Shown here in pieces: positions 61,566-64,000 of a DNA stretch of 64,000 nt. The position numbers and the translations under genes are program-made. This DNA comes from Barthelona sp. PCE (taxonomy: Eukaryota): NCBI GenBank assembly GCA_040285745.1, contig JAUFOR010000003.1, forward strand, positions 434,001 to 498,000. Direction: 5' to 3'. How positions within the stretch are numbered: the stretch's first letter is position 1; every line of letters starts with the position of its first letter. The notes under the pieces were generated by a model. It was not told where the DNA came from. It did not search any database and saw only the letters and a program-made list of their open reading frames with translations.

Positions 61566-63998
61566 CTATGACTCGTTGATCTTCTTCAAAAGAATCTGAC
61601 ATTCACGCAATGAACTGACAGTTTCCTTAAGCTTATCACGGTGTTGCTTAACTTGAGGATCTTCGGCCAAAATCTCATCAATGAGTCTCTGATCGTAGAT
61701 ACGAGCCATGAGATCACGCTCAATAGCTCTCTTGACAGGGTTAACCATCTTAAGCATCACTGCCTTGGGTAATTGCAAAGAAATGTGGTTGCGAACGTTC
61801 TCGAGATAGGATGTGACAACACGACGAACAAGATCAATATCATTCTCTTCATCCTGTTCGTGACCTCTTGTAGCTCTCTTAAGCGCTTCAATCCAGCTAG
61901 CGTAATCCTCGGGTGTCTCACCACGTACTTCAAACAAACAACGATCGTGGATAATAGCCTTTCCACTGTTGTGAGAAAGACGCATATAAAATTCACCAAA
62001 TGTTTCTTCAGCGTTCTTGATTAACTCTTCACGTTCCTGTTCGTACATGACTTGCCTTCTCTCGTCCCAATCTTCGACATCAGGAATAGGAAGACCTTCA
62101 AGAGCAACCTCAGCTGAAGAACGAAGATCAAGGTCTTCTAAAGGAATCATACCCAAAGGAGCAGTGCTCTCAGGGTTCTGGAAATAAAACAAGGTACGTG
62201 CCTTGAGGACAAACCATCGACGTTCCCATTTGTTTGATTTGCGACCGAAACGTGATGACCACTTGCCTCCAGACTTCTTCAAGAGAAAACCTTCAAAGAG
62301 AATGGCTTCAGGGTTTGCCTGATTAACCTTGGATTGTTTGTTGGTTTTAAGCTTACCCAGGGTGATGTAGGAAAGCTCCATCTCGACGAGCTCACGGGCG
62401 AAATCCTTGGCAGAAGGAAGTAAATCAGAAATGATCTCTAGAGATGTAGATTTCATACGTTGCTTAAGGGCGGGGAAAAGAGCAAGTTCTTTGATACGCT
62501 CAGAAGTGTCGTCGACAAGAGCAACAAGCTGTTGATTAACTTCATCAACACACTCCAAAACTGGATTGATTAATTGAGAAATACCAACCTTAATTGGAGC
62601 CTCGAATGTTTCCTGAGGAATATTGAAGTTCGATTGTGTACCTGTTGTGTTCTGGATATACTTACGAATTTGGTCATCATCTAAGCGCATTGATATATCA
62701 GCTAATTTAATAGATTCTTCAAGTTTCTGGGTAAGTAAGTGCTTAATCTTAGCACCAACAAGGATCTGGGCCTCGAGCTCGTGAGGTCCATCCTGCACGC
62801 GCTCAAGATCATCTGATGAAGCACCATCAACAATGTTACAATACAGACGTGAGAATGACTGAAGAATACCAAAAGCAAGACGCTTACGACCGTCATCACT
62901 ATCATCGTCACCAATTGCTGAGAGCTCGCGTTCGCTCTCGTTAAGCTTTGTGCTGATCTGACGACGCAAATCAGGAAGACAAGCCTTAATATGGTTAATC
63001 AATGCGGTGTTAAGAACCTTAGCAAGGTACCCAGTACCTGCACGGTGTGCGACAGCGTGGTAAGCTTCATGGTGTTGGAAGTACTGTTCTTCAGCAAAAG
63101 CTGCCGAGTTCAAATCCTGACCCTGGTCAGTTTGCTTCTTGGAACGGTTAACAACGGGGATCATCTTCATACCCTCGTACATTTGTCCGTTAAGCACACG
63201 CATAGCATCGGTACCCTCATCCATGAGATCAAGTTTTGTGAGGACACTGATCGTACGTAGATGCTGGGGATCGTACTTCTCAGCCATAGCAAGAGCTTCA
63301 GAGTTTGCGATATCGGTGTTTGCTGGGGAAACAGCAAGAATAATTGTGTTATCATTGGCAGCAAAACGTTCAACCATTGCATGAATTAACTCAACAATAT
63401 TCTTCTGCTGACCATCAACAGCAACCTTTGTAAGACCAGGAAGATCGACGAGCGTAAGGTTGACTGCGCCTGCAACTGAAAGCTTCAAGTTGATAGGCAC
63501 AGCGGAGATCTGATTTGGACCACAAACACGATCTGTCTCACGAACAATTTCGTTACGAATTTCTTCAAGGTCATAGAACTTACGTTCCGCCATGTGTGCG
63601 AACTGGCCCACTGGGGTTGTGGCATCAGCATCGTGCATGAGCTGAAGAACGAGAGGTCTACGTGTACACATGTTACTGTTACGTGGTAAGACATCACCAA
63701 CAGACAACAATCTCTCAAGAACTGAACTCTTACCTGCACTCTGGGCACCGACAACAGCAATCTGAGGAAGAGAAATTACCGAAGTTAAACCAGAAACGGC
63801 AAGAATATCTTGCATCTGGTTAACAATATCAATAAGATATTCCATGTTGCCTGTGGGCTTTAAAAGACCAGAAATACCTGATTCATCCTCCTCAAAAGTT
63901 TTTGTTCCTGATTGCATCTGAGGTTTTGGCTTTGGTTGAGCCATCGTTCCAGGAGTTGGGCGGGATGCCATAGTACCTGGGACGGGGCGTGCTGCCAT
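61566..63998 (-). CDS. Dynamin-family GTPase with PH domain; N-terminus may extend beyond the window
   Basis: LPQIAVVGAQSAGKSSVLE, CTRRPL, DLPG and TKLD, then middle domain, PH (EGFLLKK...WERRWFVL) and GED (LPKAVMLKMVN). Confidence 0.92.
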   Translation of the reverse strand: MAARPVPGTMASRPTPGTMAQPKPKPQMQSGTKTFEEDESGISGLLKPTGNMEYLIDIVNQMQDILAVSGLTSVISLPQIAVVGAQSAGKSSVLERLLSVGDVLPRNSNMCTRRPLVLQLMHDADATTPVGQFAHMAERKFYDLEEIRNEIVRETDRVCGPNQISAVPINLKLSVAGAVNLTLVDLPGLTKVAVDGQQKNIVELIHAMVERFAANDNTIILAVSPANTDIANSEALAMAEKYDPQHLRTISVLTKLDLMDEGTDAMRVLNGQMYEGMKMIPVVNRSKKQTDQGQDLNSAAFAEEQYFQHHEAYHAVAHRAGTGYLAKVLNTALINHIKACLPDLRRQISTKLNESERELSAIGDDDSDDGRKRLAFGILQSFSRLYCNIVDGASSDDLERVQDGPHELEAQILVGAKIKHLLTQKLEESIKLADISMRLDDDQIRKYIQNTTGTQSNFNIPQETFEAPIKVGISQLINPVLECVDEVNQQLVALVDDTSERIKELALFPALKQRMKSTSLEIISDLLPSAKDFARELVEMELSYITLGKLKTNKQSKVNQANPEAILFEGFLLKKSGGKWSSRFGRKSNKWERRWFVLKARTLFYFQNPESTAPLGMIPLEDLDLRSSAEVALEGLPIPDVEDWDERRQVMYEQEREELIKNAEETFGEFYMRLSHNSGKAIIHDRCLFEVRGETPEDYASWIEALKRATRGHEQDEENDIDLVRRVVTSYLENVRNHISLQLPKAVMLKMVNPVKRAIERDLMARIYDQRLIDEILAEDPQVKQHRDKLKETVSSLRECQILLKKINES

Positions 63999-64000
63999 CG

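Noticed and set aside
1-64000. Prokaryotic operon, CRISPR array, transposon, rRNA or tRNA interpretation of the dense ORFs
   Set aside because: Genes are eukaryote-specific with a spliceosomal intron. No repeat-spacer array, transposase/RT motif, cloverleaf or rRNA signature was seen by eye.

Overview
This is gene-dense, AT-rich, intron-poor eukaryotic nuclear DNA in the standard genetic code, from a flagellated protist. The intron signals and 3' motifs suggest a metamonad-like organism (inference). About 33 protein genes are packed with very short or overlapping intergenic regions. Axonemal/cilium genes are inner-arm dynein DNAH10, CCDC39, RSPH14, CFAP20DC-like, lebercilin-like and LRRC74-like. 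Trafficking genes are TRAPPC2L, Sec31, a minimal Use1, KXD1, a CLN3-like transporter and a PH-domain dynamin. Others are a gamma-tubulin complex protein, TSC1-like, FNTA, PIG-P, RRP1, a CRC/tesmin protein, a PTP and an MBL hydrolase, plus a dispersed, apparently lineage-specific family of ~640-690 aa beta-rich proteins starting MPR(IK). One clear 42-nt spliceosomal intron and two candidate introns were found. The most notable observations are the PH-containing dynamin, a pseudokinase fused to a very large polytopic membrane domain, the MPRIK family with a shared upstream motif, a recurrent WGTAAA motif at gene ends (candidate non-AAUAAA poly(A) signal) and a structured GC-rich intergenic element near 35.2 kb. 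No rRNA, tRNA, CRISPR array or transposon was recognised. All family calls come from motif recognition by eye, not database searches.
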